Part shown: piece by piece, positions 27,851 through 40,734 of the stretch
How positions within the stretch are numbered: position 1 is the first letter of the stretch
Layout of the letters: each line of letters begins with the position of its first letter
Origin: Lama guanicoe
Taxonomy: Eukaryota
Direction of reading: 5' to 3'
DNA: 64,000 nucleotides
NCBI GenBank assembly: GCA_013239625.1
Contig: MU054187.1
Coordinates: 17,662,711 to 17,726,710, forward strand
Position numbers and translations under genes: made by a program
Notes under the pieces: model-generated
The model's database searches: none
What the model was told of the DNA's origin: nothing
The model's input: only the letters and a program-made list of their open reading frames with translations

Positions 27851-28269
27851 TCGGCAAATGTTTACTGGCTTGAACTAGTTCTGAAATTTAAGCAATGGGC
27901 CAATAGCAGGGTAGTTGCCCCCAGCCATCACTTCTCCCACAGAAAGGGAGAATAGACGGAAGCCAGCCATCATACTCTCTTTTCTTACTCTAAACCTCAC
28001 AACCAACCCCAGCAATAAAATAATATTCCTGAACCCCAACAAGTACGAGAATTTTCAAATCACACTATTTGAAAATAGCTGGGTTTCCCTAATCTGTCTC
28101 AGGACCCCAAGGTCACCAAGCTTGTATTAATGCAGCCTATTTGAGATGAATAATTATAGTTAGTAAACAAACTGCTTATGAGCTCATTGGGCTTTTTAAA
28201 ATTTACTGTCCATACTTCATAGAGATGTAGTAGGTATACTGTTTTTGTAGAAGACTTAACAGTGAAAGT

Positions 28270-28810
28270 AATCTTCTAAAAAGCACAAATCTGATGTTAT
28301 CATTAGACTGCTTCTAATTTTTAAAGGCTATCTATTGTGAAGAGGCTAAATGTTCAACATTTAGCAAGGTTTACAGGCACCATGTACTCTGGTCCACTTC
28401 CTACATCTTTCCCAGACCTTCTTCACCTGATTCCAGGCACATTTGCCTTTTTCAAGCCCTCAGATCCAACAAGTTCTATTTGTTGTTCTCACAGTTTTGG
28501 ATTGGCTAATCCTTCTATCCAGATCTATTTCCCTCTGATCATTAAGGTCTCAGTTCAAATGCTACCATCACAATCTCGGCCATAGAGACCTACCTCTTCA
28601 GTGCCTCTCCATCCCACAACCCAGTCATATTTCTGTCACTGTACGACATTCATTTATATGGTTACTTGCCTCCATCCACCTCTGGGGCATTTGCTTACGA
28701 GCAAGGACTTTGTGCTTTGTTGAATCTTCCAAGGCTTGCAACAGATACTGGTACATGGAAAGTGTTTAGGAAATGTGTGTTGAATAAATGAATAAATATG
28801 TGAATGGATA
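28270..28810 (+). mobile_element. L2 3' end
   Basis: aaatctgatgttatc...tggtacatgg...gttgaataaatgaat. Confidence 0.75.
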
Positions 28811-29069
28811 AAAACTGCGAAACACCAATACAAGAATAGTTTTATTTCAAATGAATGGAGTAATGAAAAATAATGTCTTCAGTAAGAATCAATCATTCTT
28901 AGTTACTGATACATGACTTAGTAGTTCCCATTCAGTATAAAATGTTAAATTTTTTCCCTGATACTTTATAAGGCATTAAGTTATTTTACTCATTTTAAGA
29001 CTAATCTCTGAGACATTAATTTAACTTCTTTAAAGTTCCAGCATCAACTCAGCAGGGTCATCACCAAGC

Positions 29070-29292
29070 ACTGATTGTGTGACCTTGGGCAAATTATACT
29101 TAACCTCTCAGTGCCTCAGTTTTCTCATTTGTAATATGGGAATAATAATAGGCTTATCTCATAGGTTTATGAGGAGGATAGACTCATATATGTGTGTGTC
29201 TATATATGTGTGTATAAGACAATGTCTTAGCACAGTGTCTGGCTCATGGTAAGCATTACATAAGTATTGTTGACTGCTGCTATGTACTGTTA
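29070..29292 (+). mobile_element. MIR
   Basis: tgtgtgaccttgggcaaatt...aacctctcagtgcctcagttttctcatttgtaa. Confidence 0.88.
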
Positions 29293-29399
29293 TTACGAGA
29301 ACTAAATGTTGAGAATAATCCTTCATATAGGGGTATATTCCACTGAAGATAAATGAAACTAATAGAATATTTCAAAATCAGATTAAAGGAGAGCCAGTA

Positions 29400-30720
29400 A
29401 AATAAACCAAAGCAGAAGATAATGAAGATGTAAAAGCACAGAAGCAAAAGACCAAATAGTTGTTTTTCTTTTTTAAGGAAGGAAAGAGGCTAGAAATAGG
29501 ACAAAAAGTATCCAGTGGCTGTACTGATATGGAGATTGCTGGTGACCTTCGTAAGTAAAATTTCAGAGCAGTAGGCCAAGAAGTTGCCGTGAGAGAAACT
29601 AGATAGATGTAAATTATAGAGTCAATGGGACATGAGGAAGTGGAAACAATATATGAAGATAATTTTGAAAAGCTCAGCCATGAATTAGATGAAGAAGACA
29701 TGGAAGGGTCAGGGGAGGGTTTCATGTTGCATGTATTTTTTTTAGCATTGTAAGTAGGAGTTATTAGTCTAGAATAAGTGTGAATTTTGGTGAGAATCAC
29801 TCATAAAAGGAGATGGGTTACAGAAAATGCAGTACTGTGAAGTACTTGAGAAGAAGAGAGAAAATGAAATACTGTCTGTAGCGCACACAGCCTTTTAACT
29901 TTAACTCCCATAGTAAAAGGGAATACAAAGATCAATGCAAATGCTAAGGAATTAATGGACTTGGTAGTGGACTATTTACTGACTTCTATTTTCTTAATGA
30001 GATACAAGGTAGCTCAACAGCTGATAGTGAAGGAAGTAGAGAGGATGGAGGGAAATTTGAGGAGAGTGGGTTAAGTTTCTAAGAAAATAGTCCTTAAGGA
30101 GAATTAGAAAGAAGTTACTGGTAAGTCATAGCAATATTTCCAGAAATACAATGAGTATTTTAAATACACAAATGATATTCAATTTCAATAGTTATCAAAA
30201 AATTCAAAGAAATGGAACATGGGTTTCTAGTTTATTAATTTAGCAAAATTAAAAAATTATATTAATGTATTTTGTTGGCAAAATTCTTTGCAATATAATT
30301 TGGTTTGATCTTTTGACAAGTAATTTGTCAATGTCTAGCAAGATAAAAATCTTAATAGCATTTTATACATTCATTCTAATTCTGGAAGCTTCTGCCAATA
30401 AGTAATTTATATCTAGAAAATTACATAAGTAAAGGTGTCCGTTATCATGTCATTTGTAATAACAAGAATTGGAAACACCTTAATTGTTAACAACAGGAAA
30501 ATAGTTTAGAAAATTGTATCTACTTAGTAGAAAATTACAGTTATTATATTATAATTAGAAGACTATGAAACAAAATTGAATAATGCTTAAAGAAGAAAGA
30601 ATGAAGAAAGCTAACTTAAAATTGTGTCACTGTGTGACAGTAACTTTGTAAACATATCAATATTTGTTAAAAATTAAAGCAAAATAAAGTTTTAAAAGGT
30701 CTGTAACAGTAATGGGGATT
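29400..30720. mobile_element. Old L2 (minus) and L1M (plus) fragments
   Basis: Purine-rich L2-like segment followed by atttgtaataacaagaattggaaacacc (L1 ORF2 end). Confidence 0.5.
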
Positions 30721-31464
30721 TTCTCTTTGTTTCAAAATATGTTTAACATGATTCTTCTTATAATTTTGCTTTTTAAGAGGAGAAATGCAGAGTTTTTTTC
30801 CTATTCTTTTTCTTAAGACTTTCTGATTATTACCTCATTTTACATTTCATAGTTTCAAATAAATCAAAGATTTTATCATCAGAGAAGATTACTTAGTTGA
30901 TAGTTCATACTTCCAAGTTATTTTGTATAAAAAGATCATATATACTAGTAGGTGCTTTAAAAATATAATTTCAAGATTTTCTTTTTTTTTTTTTTGCTTA
31001 GTCTTTCCTTTTATGGAGATTGGGCAAACTGCCTAAAATTGCTAGCCATTTTTCCACTTTTCTCATTTTTATTCATTTATCTTGCCCTTCAGAGAAATGA
31101 TAACAAATGAGCCTGCAGGTGTATCTGCCAATTTCTTAAATCCCTATTATCCTCATTATGAAATCATACTAATATGAATGCTGCCAGTATTTTCAGAGCT
31201 CTTCAGTTATGAAATTATGTAATAGGTTTCTGACGTATGTAAAATTTGGACTCAACTTCTGGAAGCCTTTAGATTTCTTAGTTCAAAAGTGAGAGCTCCT
31301 TAGTTCGGCCATATGATTAACAATTATCTGTATAGTAAGAAGCTCCTAAATTATTGGTTGATGGATACTTGGCAGTTTCGGGGAGGAAGACCACAGACTA
31401 GAAGGGCTGTTTTGTCAGATCACATCAAGTGTACATCATATCAATATGCACTATGAATGCTCAG

Positions 31465-32200
31465 GTCGACCTTGATCACCTGGCTGAGGTAGTGTTTTTC
31501 AGGTTTCTCTATTGCAAAGTTGCTCTTTTCCCTTTTTCATACTAATGAACTGTTTGGAATTCTGCACTGGAAATTTGTCTATTCTCTCTCATTTATTTAT
31601 GTATCCAGTTTATTTAGATAAGAAGAACTCATGGATTTTTATTTTATGCTTTGAGTTATAATATAATTCTATTTTATGTAATTTGTTGCTCAAATTGTCC
31701 TAGTCCTGACCCTTGTGAACTCTTTCAATTAGCTCTTGTGCTACTTTGATGTATCCCCATCTACATGGGGTTATTTTATTTTTGATTTTTAGTGCTTTCC
31801 TTACCTTCTGACACTATAAGATGGTCTAGGATCTTCTTGTACATATTTACTGCTCCAGTCCTAGAACCAGCTCTTTCTTCAAGGAGAACTAGATCTTCTT
31901 ATTGGAGAATGGTGTAAGACACCAGGGTCTGGGTGTGAGGTGTGCTAGTTGCTGCTATGTCATTGTTTTTGGGTCTTCTCATCTAACAAGCAAAGAGCTG
32001 TATATATGTATACTAACCATGTATATACACATAGCTTTAAATATCTCTCTATATAACCATGTGCATTAAACTAATATTAAGCAATATTAAGCTAAATATG
32101 AATGTACATTAATGTTTCCTACTTTAATTATTACCACATAATTTTAGTCTAATTTCTTGCTTCTCTTTAATCTTTAACTCCAGCAAAATATTTGACTTTT
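31465..32200 (-). mobile_element. L1MC-type 3'UTR
   Basis: ccttgatcacctggctgaggtagtg...ccagtcctagaaccagctctttcttcaaggag. Confidence 0.75.
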
Positions 32201-32334
32201 AAAAGTCTGAAAATCAAATTGTAGCAACTTTGGGAAGCCACATTATCTAGCAGGATAATTCTTAAAGGGCAAACTGTACATCATCAAACTTCAATTTACA
32301 GTCAGCAGTACTTTCTAACATCAATAGATCTCTA

Positions 32335-34340
32335 GACTTATGCTTCCAAGAAGATGAAGTAGCCCATTTCTCCCACTTAAAACTAAAACCCTGAACATAA
32401 CAACAATCAAGCATAAGAAGACACTGAAAGGTGGAAATGAGAAGGTAGACTTACTAGGGACATTGGGACCTGGGGAATAACATGGTGATGTGTCCCCTAT
32501 GTTTCCTATTACTTCCTATATATCCTGGAGCAGGTACTACAGGAGCCTCTAATCCATAACTACCAATAGAACAGACAAAAAGCTTCAAAAAAAAAAAAAA
32601 AACCCCGTTTCCCTGTTTCCCCTTGCCAAAGTATGAGGAAAGGAGTTGCTAAAAACAGAAAATTGTTTGGCAATACGCACACTACTTGAGCCAAATGTCA
32701 ATGGAAATATCGCAACCATCCCCCATGCCCTGTGGTTGCGGTTGGTCCAAACGAGGATTTATCTTCCACACTACCCAACTCCTGCCCTCTAGGAGAGGCA
32801 GTGCTCTGATTCCCCCACCAGGGTTGTCTCCAGGTGGTCCAGTGTGAGTTGAGCCTCCATCCCTTTCCATCATCAAAGAGACTTAAAAAGGTGGTTCTTG
32901 ACAGGCCAGTTACCACTGAGCTGCCCCACAGTCATGGGGTCCAGTGGGGGAGCTTATACTCCACTTCTACCTGACATCAATAACAATAGGGTGTTGTAAG
33001 TTGGAGCTAGTAGGCACTCCGCTGTCCCCTGACACCTGGTGTCAGTGAGACCCAGTGAGGTGCTGAATCCCCATACTCATCCTGAGGCAATAAGACAGAA
33101 TGAGATGGCACAAAGCAGAGCTGGTTGGCAGTTCTCTTCCTCCTACCCTGGTGTCAGTAGGACCCAGCAGGTAGCTGCGTCTCTGCCCACACCCAGCATC
33201 AACAAGACAGAATGAGGTGGTGGGAAGAAACACAGCTAACACTGCACTTCTCCCTCCTCTGGTGTCAAGAAATCTATTGGGAAGCTGAACCTCCACTCCC
33301 ACTTAGAAGCAGCATGATGAAATGAATGGTCCCACTTTCTGGGGGAAGGTGTCAGAAAAGCCAATAGGAGAACTGAACTTCTACTCTGTCTGCCGTAAGG
33401 CAACGTAAGTGCCCACTTTTGCTGGGGTATTGTCAGCAGGGCCAAGTGGAAAACTGTACATATCTCCTCACCCAGCCCTCCTACTACATCTCAGTATAGG
33501 GGGACTTCCTGCTAAAAAAGGAATCATAAAATTAAATAGGATTCAGAATCATCTAATACTCATAATGTTTAGAATACAACCAAAAATTACTCATGATACC
33601 AAGAACCAGGAAATCACAAAATAAGTGAGAAAAGACAACGAGCATGCATCAACACTGAGACAAAACAGGTATTGAAATTATCTGACAAGGATTCTAAATA
33701 AGCTATCACATAAATGCTTCAATTAGCAATTATGTGTTCTTGAAAGAAATGGGAAAAAATAGAAAATGTAAGCAAAGAACTAGAAGTTATAACAGTAAAA
33801 AGAAATGAGAATAATAGAACTGAAAAATACAATAATCAAAATAAAAACCTTGCTAGACAACCTCAAGAATAGAGTGGAGATGACAAAGCTTAGAATCATG
33901 AACATGAGAACAAAAGAATGTACCAAATGTGAAAAACAGAGAAAAACAGACGGGGAGGTGGAATGGGAAGGAACAGGATCTCGAGAACCTGTAAACAATA
34001 ACAAAAGAGCAAACATTCATATCACCCAAGTCCCAGAATGAAAAGAGAGAGCAAGTTCTCAATTTTTTTAAAAGACATAAATGTACACACTTAAGAATCT
34101 GAGCAAAGAGGAAGTACACAAATATACCCTTGCCAAGATACACACCATAATTAAACTTCTGAAAAGTAAAGACAAAGAAAAAAAATCTTGAAAGCAGACA
34201 AGGAGAAACAATGCATTACTTATAGAGAAACACCAGTTCCGAGGACAGCATGTTTCTATTTTGAAACTATGGAGTCAGAAGCCTTGGCATAACATTTTTC
34301 AAGTACTGAAGGAAAAGAATTGTCAGTCACAAATTCACAC
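32335..34340 (+). mobile_element. Ancient L1M 5'UTR and ORF1 remnant
   Basis: ORF 33805-34041 (IIELKNTIIKIKTLLDNLKNRVE...KRANIHITQVPE) resembles the L1 ORF1p coiled coil and RRM start; preceded by a GC-richer 5'UTR with internal repeats. Confidence 0.85.
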
Positions 34341-34419
34341 ATTTTATATTCACTTTCTTATTTGACTCATATTAATGGGCCACTACTAATTCATCTTTCT
34401 ATATTCAGGATTGCCATCA

Positions 34420-35432
34420 GCCTTCTCCAACAATCCAGCCACGGTATTTCCAGAGGGATCTCTAAAACTGAAACAAACGAATTTTTCTTATAAAAACAAT
34501 TGATCATGTTATGCAACTTTTCTCTCTTCTCTTCTAAGTTTCCAGTTAAAATCCTTCAATGGATACCCCTCGTCCTTGGAGTAAAATCTCACATCCTAAC
34601 TCTTTGTACGTTTGGGCTGCTATAGGAATATATTATAGGTGGGATGGTTCATGAACAACAGAAATTTATTTCCCACAGTTCTGGAGGCTGGAAGTTCAAG
34701 ATTATGGTGCCAGTATAGTCAGATGAGGTCCCTCTGCTGAGTCAGAGACTTTTCATTATATTCTTACATGGCAGAAGAGGTTGGGGAGTCCTGTGGGGTC
34801 TCTTATAAGAACACTAACCCCATTCATGAGGGCTCCACCCTGATTACCTAATCACCTCCCAAAGGACCCACCTACTAATACCATCACTTATGGAAATTAA
34901 GATTTCAACATATGAATTTGGAGGGAGACACAAAGACTAGACCACAGCACTTACTATACATACATGGACCATTCATGAGCTGGCTTCTACCACTCTACAT
35001 TGGCTTCTTTTCTTATACTCCAGTGAACAATTCTTATACTGATTGTAACTGGAACTCCTGAAACTCCTTTCTGGTCTGATTCCTCACCATTCATTTCCTT
35101 GCAACCATGAATTTATCTTCTCTTTGCCTCAAAAATGCACCTCTCCTTCATGTTACTTATCCATCTCAAGTATTGCCTTCTATAGGAAGCCCTGCTGATA
35201 TCCCCTATATACTACTGTCTACAGTGTGAATTAAGGTCCCACTGTGTTTTCCTATAGCAGTCTGTAATAATTTTTACTGTAACTATGGATTTACTCATCT
35301 GGATGTCCCAATACATTGAATTCGAGATAGTAATATAATGATTTTAGTAACAGTAATGCTGGTGCCTAGCTTAACCCATGGCATATTTCACATGTTCAGT
35401 AAATGTTTGTTGAATGAGTAAATGAGTGAATG
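34420..35432 (+). mobile_element. L2 3' end interrupted by an MLT1A LTR
   Basis: aaaatccttcaatgg...taaaatctcacatcc | LTR | ...cagtaaatgtttgttgaatgagtaaatgagtgaatg. Confidence 0.7.
34601..34949 (-). mobile_element. MLT1A-type MaLR solo LTR
   Basis: Homologous to 2891-3250; ends gaccacagca; TSD ctaac/cttac. Confidence 0.88.
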
Positions 35433-35652
35433 GTCAACTTGAAATCTTAATCATTTTACTTTTTAAAAAATTGTCAAAAGATACACACAGTTTTCCAGAA
35501 GATTAGGGACTTAGCAACCTAGACTTGATTTAACAGAAGAAATTCTTACTGATACATCATGCTTAAATACTTTAAAGTAAAACCATTAACCCAGAAACTT
35601 AAGGTTATCCATCTGGACTTGCAAGCCAGTGATTGATATCTCCTGTCCCCAT

Positions 35653-36090
35653 TGTATCAGATGGTGCCAGTGCTCCACTCATATCTCCCCTGCACTCATC
35701 ATTCCAGTGTATATTGATAGAATCATGCTGTCACCTGCAATTATCCACCTTAGGGCAGGCCAGAAGTGTCCAGGAGTTAATATATCTGGCTGGAGCTTTC
35801 AACCAAGGACAAAGAGGGATTGGAAGATAAGTACTTCAAGTTCCTCACCCATCCTTGGGATAGCTCCTAGGCATGTTCTGTAGAGTTTCACAAGAACTCC
35901 CCTGAAGGACTGACAACAGCTCCCTGCAGGACAATCTGTTCAGTAATGCACCTCCTTTGGCTTCCTTCCATGCTTCTACTCTCAATTCCCACTCCACTTC
36001 TGAGTTTTCTGGAAGCATCTCCCAGATAAACAGTTTGCTATCAAATTCTTGCTTCAGGTTCTGCTTCTAGGGGAATTCCACCTAAGACTA
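35653..36090 (+). mobile_element. LTR16-like ERVL solo LTR
   Basis: ctcccagataaac...caaattcttgcttcaggttctgcttctaggggaattccacctaagac end. Confidence 0.75.
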
Positions 36091-37029
36091 CCCCCAACAA
36101 TTTATAACCTCCCAACAATCCAGTGCTCTTTACAGAACCATCACTGGTAAAAATATCAAGGCATGGCACATTATGTGTCACTCCTCCGAGATCCTAATGT
36201 TTTTAAACAGATAGGAAAGAGCATGACCTTGAAGAGAAAAAATAGTTTATGTGAGAATGACCGGTGGATAAAGGGAAGGAGAGACAGTGCCATTTGTTTT
36301 CCATTAATGATAGTGTGAAATTTATGAGCAGATGGTCTGTAACAGGTGTCACCATAAATTTGAGGAGACTGCTCCCTTGGTTACTCAGAAAACTGCTATC
36401 GTTATTATGGAAATACAACGTCAAGATTTTATTGCTTTACTTGCTGTAGCTTTCCCTTTACCCTAGTAATTATCTTTCTAAATCACTAACAGCCAGCAGA
36501 TTTATCCTATCCCCACCACCCCATCTCAAAAATAGATGTGCCCATGCACACACACATTTTTATGTATGACGATGCTAGAAAATACAAGCTTGTGGTGCAT
36601 GTATGCAATGGGTATTGTACATTACAAGTCTCTGTGAAATATCCTTCTGCAGGTTCCTATGTTTATTTTATGAATAATTAAGTTTAGTCAAATTAATAAT
36701 TTCCAGAAGATCTTGGTGAAGACTTAAGAAAGGAAGTACATTTTAAAGAAAAAGACTTAGAACCTTGCCTTTTTGCACTGACTTTGTGCCTTGATGAACA
36801 AAGGATAACTGGATCTTTTTTGAAGTCTTTGCTTGACTTGAGGAAAAAATACAACTTGTACTTTTATCATAATATGTTCTGTTTTTGAGTACTTAAACTT
36901 ATAAACCATGAATTTCCCTTAAGTTATTATACTGTTTAGAAGATGTATGCTTGGATATCTACTTAAAATTTAAAAATTGAGATCTATCTATACAAGTAAT
37001 TTCTTTTTCTTTTGCTGTCTCCGTTTCAG

Positions 37030-37157
37030 TTTCCTGAGTTTTGGGGAAGGCCTTGTTTCCCCAAGGGAGCAATTTCTGGTAGAAATCTGAAGGTCTGATC
37101 CCAGAAAAAAAGATCCAGTAGAGCCAATGAAGTAAGGACAAGAAGGTTTCCAATCAG
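37030..37157 (+). other. PKIA: Probable non-coding 5'UTR exon of PKIA (128 nt)
   Basis: Long pyrimidine tract tttctttttcttttgctgtctccgtttcag|, purine-rich non-repetitive body, donor CAG|GTAGGA. Size and position fit my unverified recollection of a human PKIA UTR exon. Confidence 0.7.
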
Positions 37158-37759
37158 GTAGGAACACAATCTCATACATTCAGCCACGTTAAATAAAGTG
37201 TGCTGATAACTGAGTATGATACAACTGCTTGGAAGAAGATGGATATATAACATACCATTACAAGGAAGCTGGTCCCAATCCCTTGGAGGTTGTGGTGTTT
37301 TTCAGAAAGTACCTTGGGGGAAAATGAATAAAATAACAGTATGATGCTTTGTTTCCATTTTTAGCTCGTTGTTGCCAAGTACACTTAGCGATCCTTGTGC
37401 CTGTGGTTAATCCCAGGAGGTTAGGCATGTAGAATAGCAGATTAACTCTTTTGATATTTTCTCCCAAGACAAATCATTAAGCATCAAGCCTTCTAAGTGA
37501 AGAACAGCCCCAGTCAATGGTGTGAGGAAATCAGCTTTGTTCTTTTTGGGGCACATCTTCTTGGTCTTGCCACAAAGTGAGTTCACATAGGGAGCTGGAG
37601 GAAAATGGCGCATGGAAAGAGGAGTTCTGTTTCATTTACCTTTACCTGTCAAGCCCCACTAATAGTTTTACTTTCATTAGCAATTTGTGATAAAAACTTA
37701 GGGTAAAGGGAGTAATGAAGATGTCCCATTATATGGCAGGACAAAAGATCAAAATCAGG

Positions 37760-37875
37760 GCCTATCCATCTCATTTACAGTTATACACTTGGTGTTCAGC
37801 ACAGCACTTGACCCCCAATCAGTACTCAATATGAAGACACATGTTGAATGACTTACAGATGAATGAGTGAACGAA
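37760..37875 (+). mobile_element. L2 tail
   Basis: cagcacagcacttgac...gtactcaat...gttgaatga. Confidence 0.55.
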
Positions 37876-38192
37876 AAAAAGTTAATATGGTGGAACGTGT
37901 GTTTTAGCCTTTTTATTTTCTTGTGTGTTGACTTCTGTATTCTCAGGACCCAGAACTGTAATGACACATCAAATGTAAGCAATAAAATTTGTTCAAAGAA
38001 TGAATGAGTCTAAGGATTATTTTAAGACCAACACAGACCCCATATTTGCCAAGGTCTATGGCAGACGTATCCATGAGATGAAAGTCTGGATTCCAACTAC
38101 TGATAGAACTGACAGAATTTATCTAGTTTTAATCATTTGCAGCTCATCCCATTACATTTAGGCATAGTAGCTACATGAGACATACTATTAAA

Positions 38193-38650
38193 TGTCAACT
38201 AAAAAAAAAATACACAACCTAGAAGTTGAGAACTATGTTTTATTCAGGGGACTTACTGAGGACATAAGCTGGGATACAGCCTCTCAGAGAGCCCTGAGGG
38301 ACTGTTCTGAAAAGGTAAAGGAAGAGCCAGTATTTATAGGAGTTTCTGCAACAAAAACCAGATAGTCAGAACATCAAACCATTACTGTTAATTAAAGAAA
38401 CCAGACATATCAAGTTAATGAAATTAGCATTCTTCTATGTATGAGAAGATGTAAGAGTCTGGGCTCATTGAAATCATTTCTTTAATATGCATCTTCACTG
38501 TTTAGGGCCAGTATTCTGTTCTCTCTGTCCTGAATCCCCCTGAGGGTGCACTGCCAGGAGGGTTGAGATGGGGCAGCTGCAGTGGCTGATGGCTTGATGG
38601 CCACAACATCCTCTGTTTTCTGATATGGAAGGCAACCTTCTTTGCCCACA
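38193..38650 (-). mobile_element. MER41-family ERV1 solo LTR
   Basis: TG...CA termini, perfect 4-bp TSD TAAA, tttattcaggggacttactgaggac motif. Confidence 0.8.
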
Positions 38651-39647
38651 TAAATGACTTGAATATGGATAGAAAAATCCCCTGACATGCAAAACATGAT
38701 TTTTGGGGAGCATTTTTATAATGACAAAGTTAAGGGCAATTTCAGAATCACTAGCTGTTAAAATTGCTATTTATACTTTTCCACAGGTAGGTAGTAATCT
38801 ACTATCACTCTCTTCTGCATTCCCAAGGGAGAATAAAAGTCATTTAACTCAAGAAAGAAATGTAAAATTTAGCATAGTGAAGCTTCCACAAAACCAAAGA
38901 CACACACAAACACACATAAATAAACTCTCTCAGGTATGAAATAATAATCTAAAATTACCCTGGAACTCATCGCAAAATAACAGGAAATCTACTTATACTT
39001 GATAAATTATATTTTTTAGTGTTTGACATGTATAGGTACTTGTTGATAAAATTCAGAGTTGCTAGATGGAGAAATAGCTTTGTACCAATATTGTCTTTGT
39101 ATGTATTTATCCATAATATATGACATTGCCTCCCCTGCTGCATCCTCTTCCTGTTTTCTCTTGGGGGCAGGAATGTTGTTATCAGTTGTTTTTAAAATTT
39201 CTAGGCAGCCAAAGGACTTGTATCACTTAAATAAAGATGGAAAATTGTCCCAAAGTAGAAAGCTTCATTATGAAACATAAAGTCCTCACATGAAGGGGGA
39301 AGAAATTCATTGCTGAAGTTTCCAATTACAGAAGATTTATGAGTAAATATGTATGTTGTTTCAAAGTGGACTCTCTTCTTTATAATTAAGGTCTAGGGGT
39401 TATCTTTGGTATCTACTGGACTTCGATTTTTAAAATATTATTAGATAATATACAAAAGAATATATTCAAATGTATGTAAGTTATGAAAAATAATAAAATA
39501 AACTCCTGCAAACACACCACCAAAACTAAGAACTAGAATCAAAACTGCTGAATCTTCTCTCTGTACTCTACCCTGATCCCACCTTCCTGGTTTCAGCAAA
39601 AAAATCACTCTGACCTTGGCTTTATGTTCAACATTCACTTAATTTTT

Positions 39648-39896
39648 TTTTTAATGGGAAGATTTAGTTAATCTTTTTTTTTACATTTTTTTATTGATTC
39701 ATAATTATTTTACAGTGTTGTGTCAAATTCCAGTGTTCAGCACAATTTTTCAGTCATTCATGGACATATACACACTCATTGTCACATTTTTTTCTCTGTG
39801 ACTTATCATAACATTTTGTGTATATTTCCCTGTGCTATACAGTGTAATCTTGTTTATCTATTCTACAATTTTGAAATCCCAGTCTATCCCTTCCCA
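39648..39896 (-). mobile_element. Young truncated L1 3' end
   Basis: Perfect 19-bp flanking repeat caacattcacttaattttt at 39629 and 39897; tttccctgtgctatacagt motif. Confidence 0.9.
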
Positions 39897-40344
39897 CAAC
39901 ATTCACTTAATTTTTATGTGATTTTACTTATTATTGAGATTTATAAAATTGATACCATACTTTATTCTTCTAGGCTTGCTCTTTTAACTCAACATTATGT
40001 TTCTAAGGTTCATCCATTTGCTAGTGTTCATTCATTTTCATTACTGTATAATATTTCATTGTATAAATATAGAAAATGTGTTTCTTATTGCATCGACGAT
40101 ACTTGGATTGTTTTGGATCTATTATAACCAGTACTTCCATGAACATTTATTTTAATGTTGCCTGGTACACTTGTGCAAGATTTATTTTAACATAAGAGAA
40201 GACATACTAAGAGTGAATTCAAATATCCAACTTTAAAAGATAATGCCAAAATGTTTTCCCAAGTCATGGAATCAATTTTCGGTCCTTTTGTTCTGTAGCC
40301 TTACCAGTTAGAATGGCCTATCTAGTCAGTATAAATTCTGTTTT

Positions 40345-40734
40345 GGTCTTTACTTTAGCCTGCTCTGGTTGCCCTAACAAAATATCTACAGACTCAGTGG
40401 CTTAAAAAACAGAAATTTATCTTCCCACAGTTCTGGAGGCTAGAAGTCTAGGATCAAGGTGTTGGCAGGTTTGGTTCCTCCTGAGGCCTCTCCCCTTGAC
40501 TTGCAGTAACCACTGCCTTCTTGCTGTGGTTCTCACAGGGCCTTTTCTCTGTGTGTATACAGCTCTGGGGTCTCTTCCTCTTCTTACAAGGACACGTCAT
40601 ACTAGATTAGGGCCCCACCATTAGGACCTCATTTAACCATAATTATGTTTTTAAATGTCCTATCTCCAAACAGCCGCGTTGGTAGATGGGGCATCAACAT
40701 ATGACTTTTAAGGAACACAATCCAGTCCATAACA
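40345..40734 (-). mobile_element. MLT1B-type MaLR solo LTR
   Basis: cacagttctggaggctagaagtctaggatcaaggtg...cagtccataaca; perfect TSD GTTTT. Confidence 0.88.

Noticed and set aside
33805..34041. ORF1p-like ORF as a functional gene
   Set aside because: Short fragment of a disrupted L1 ORF1 bounded by stops and frameshifts.
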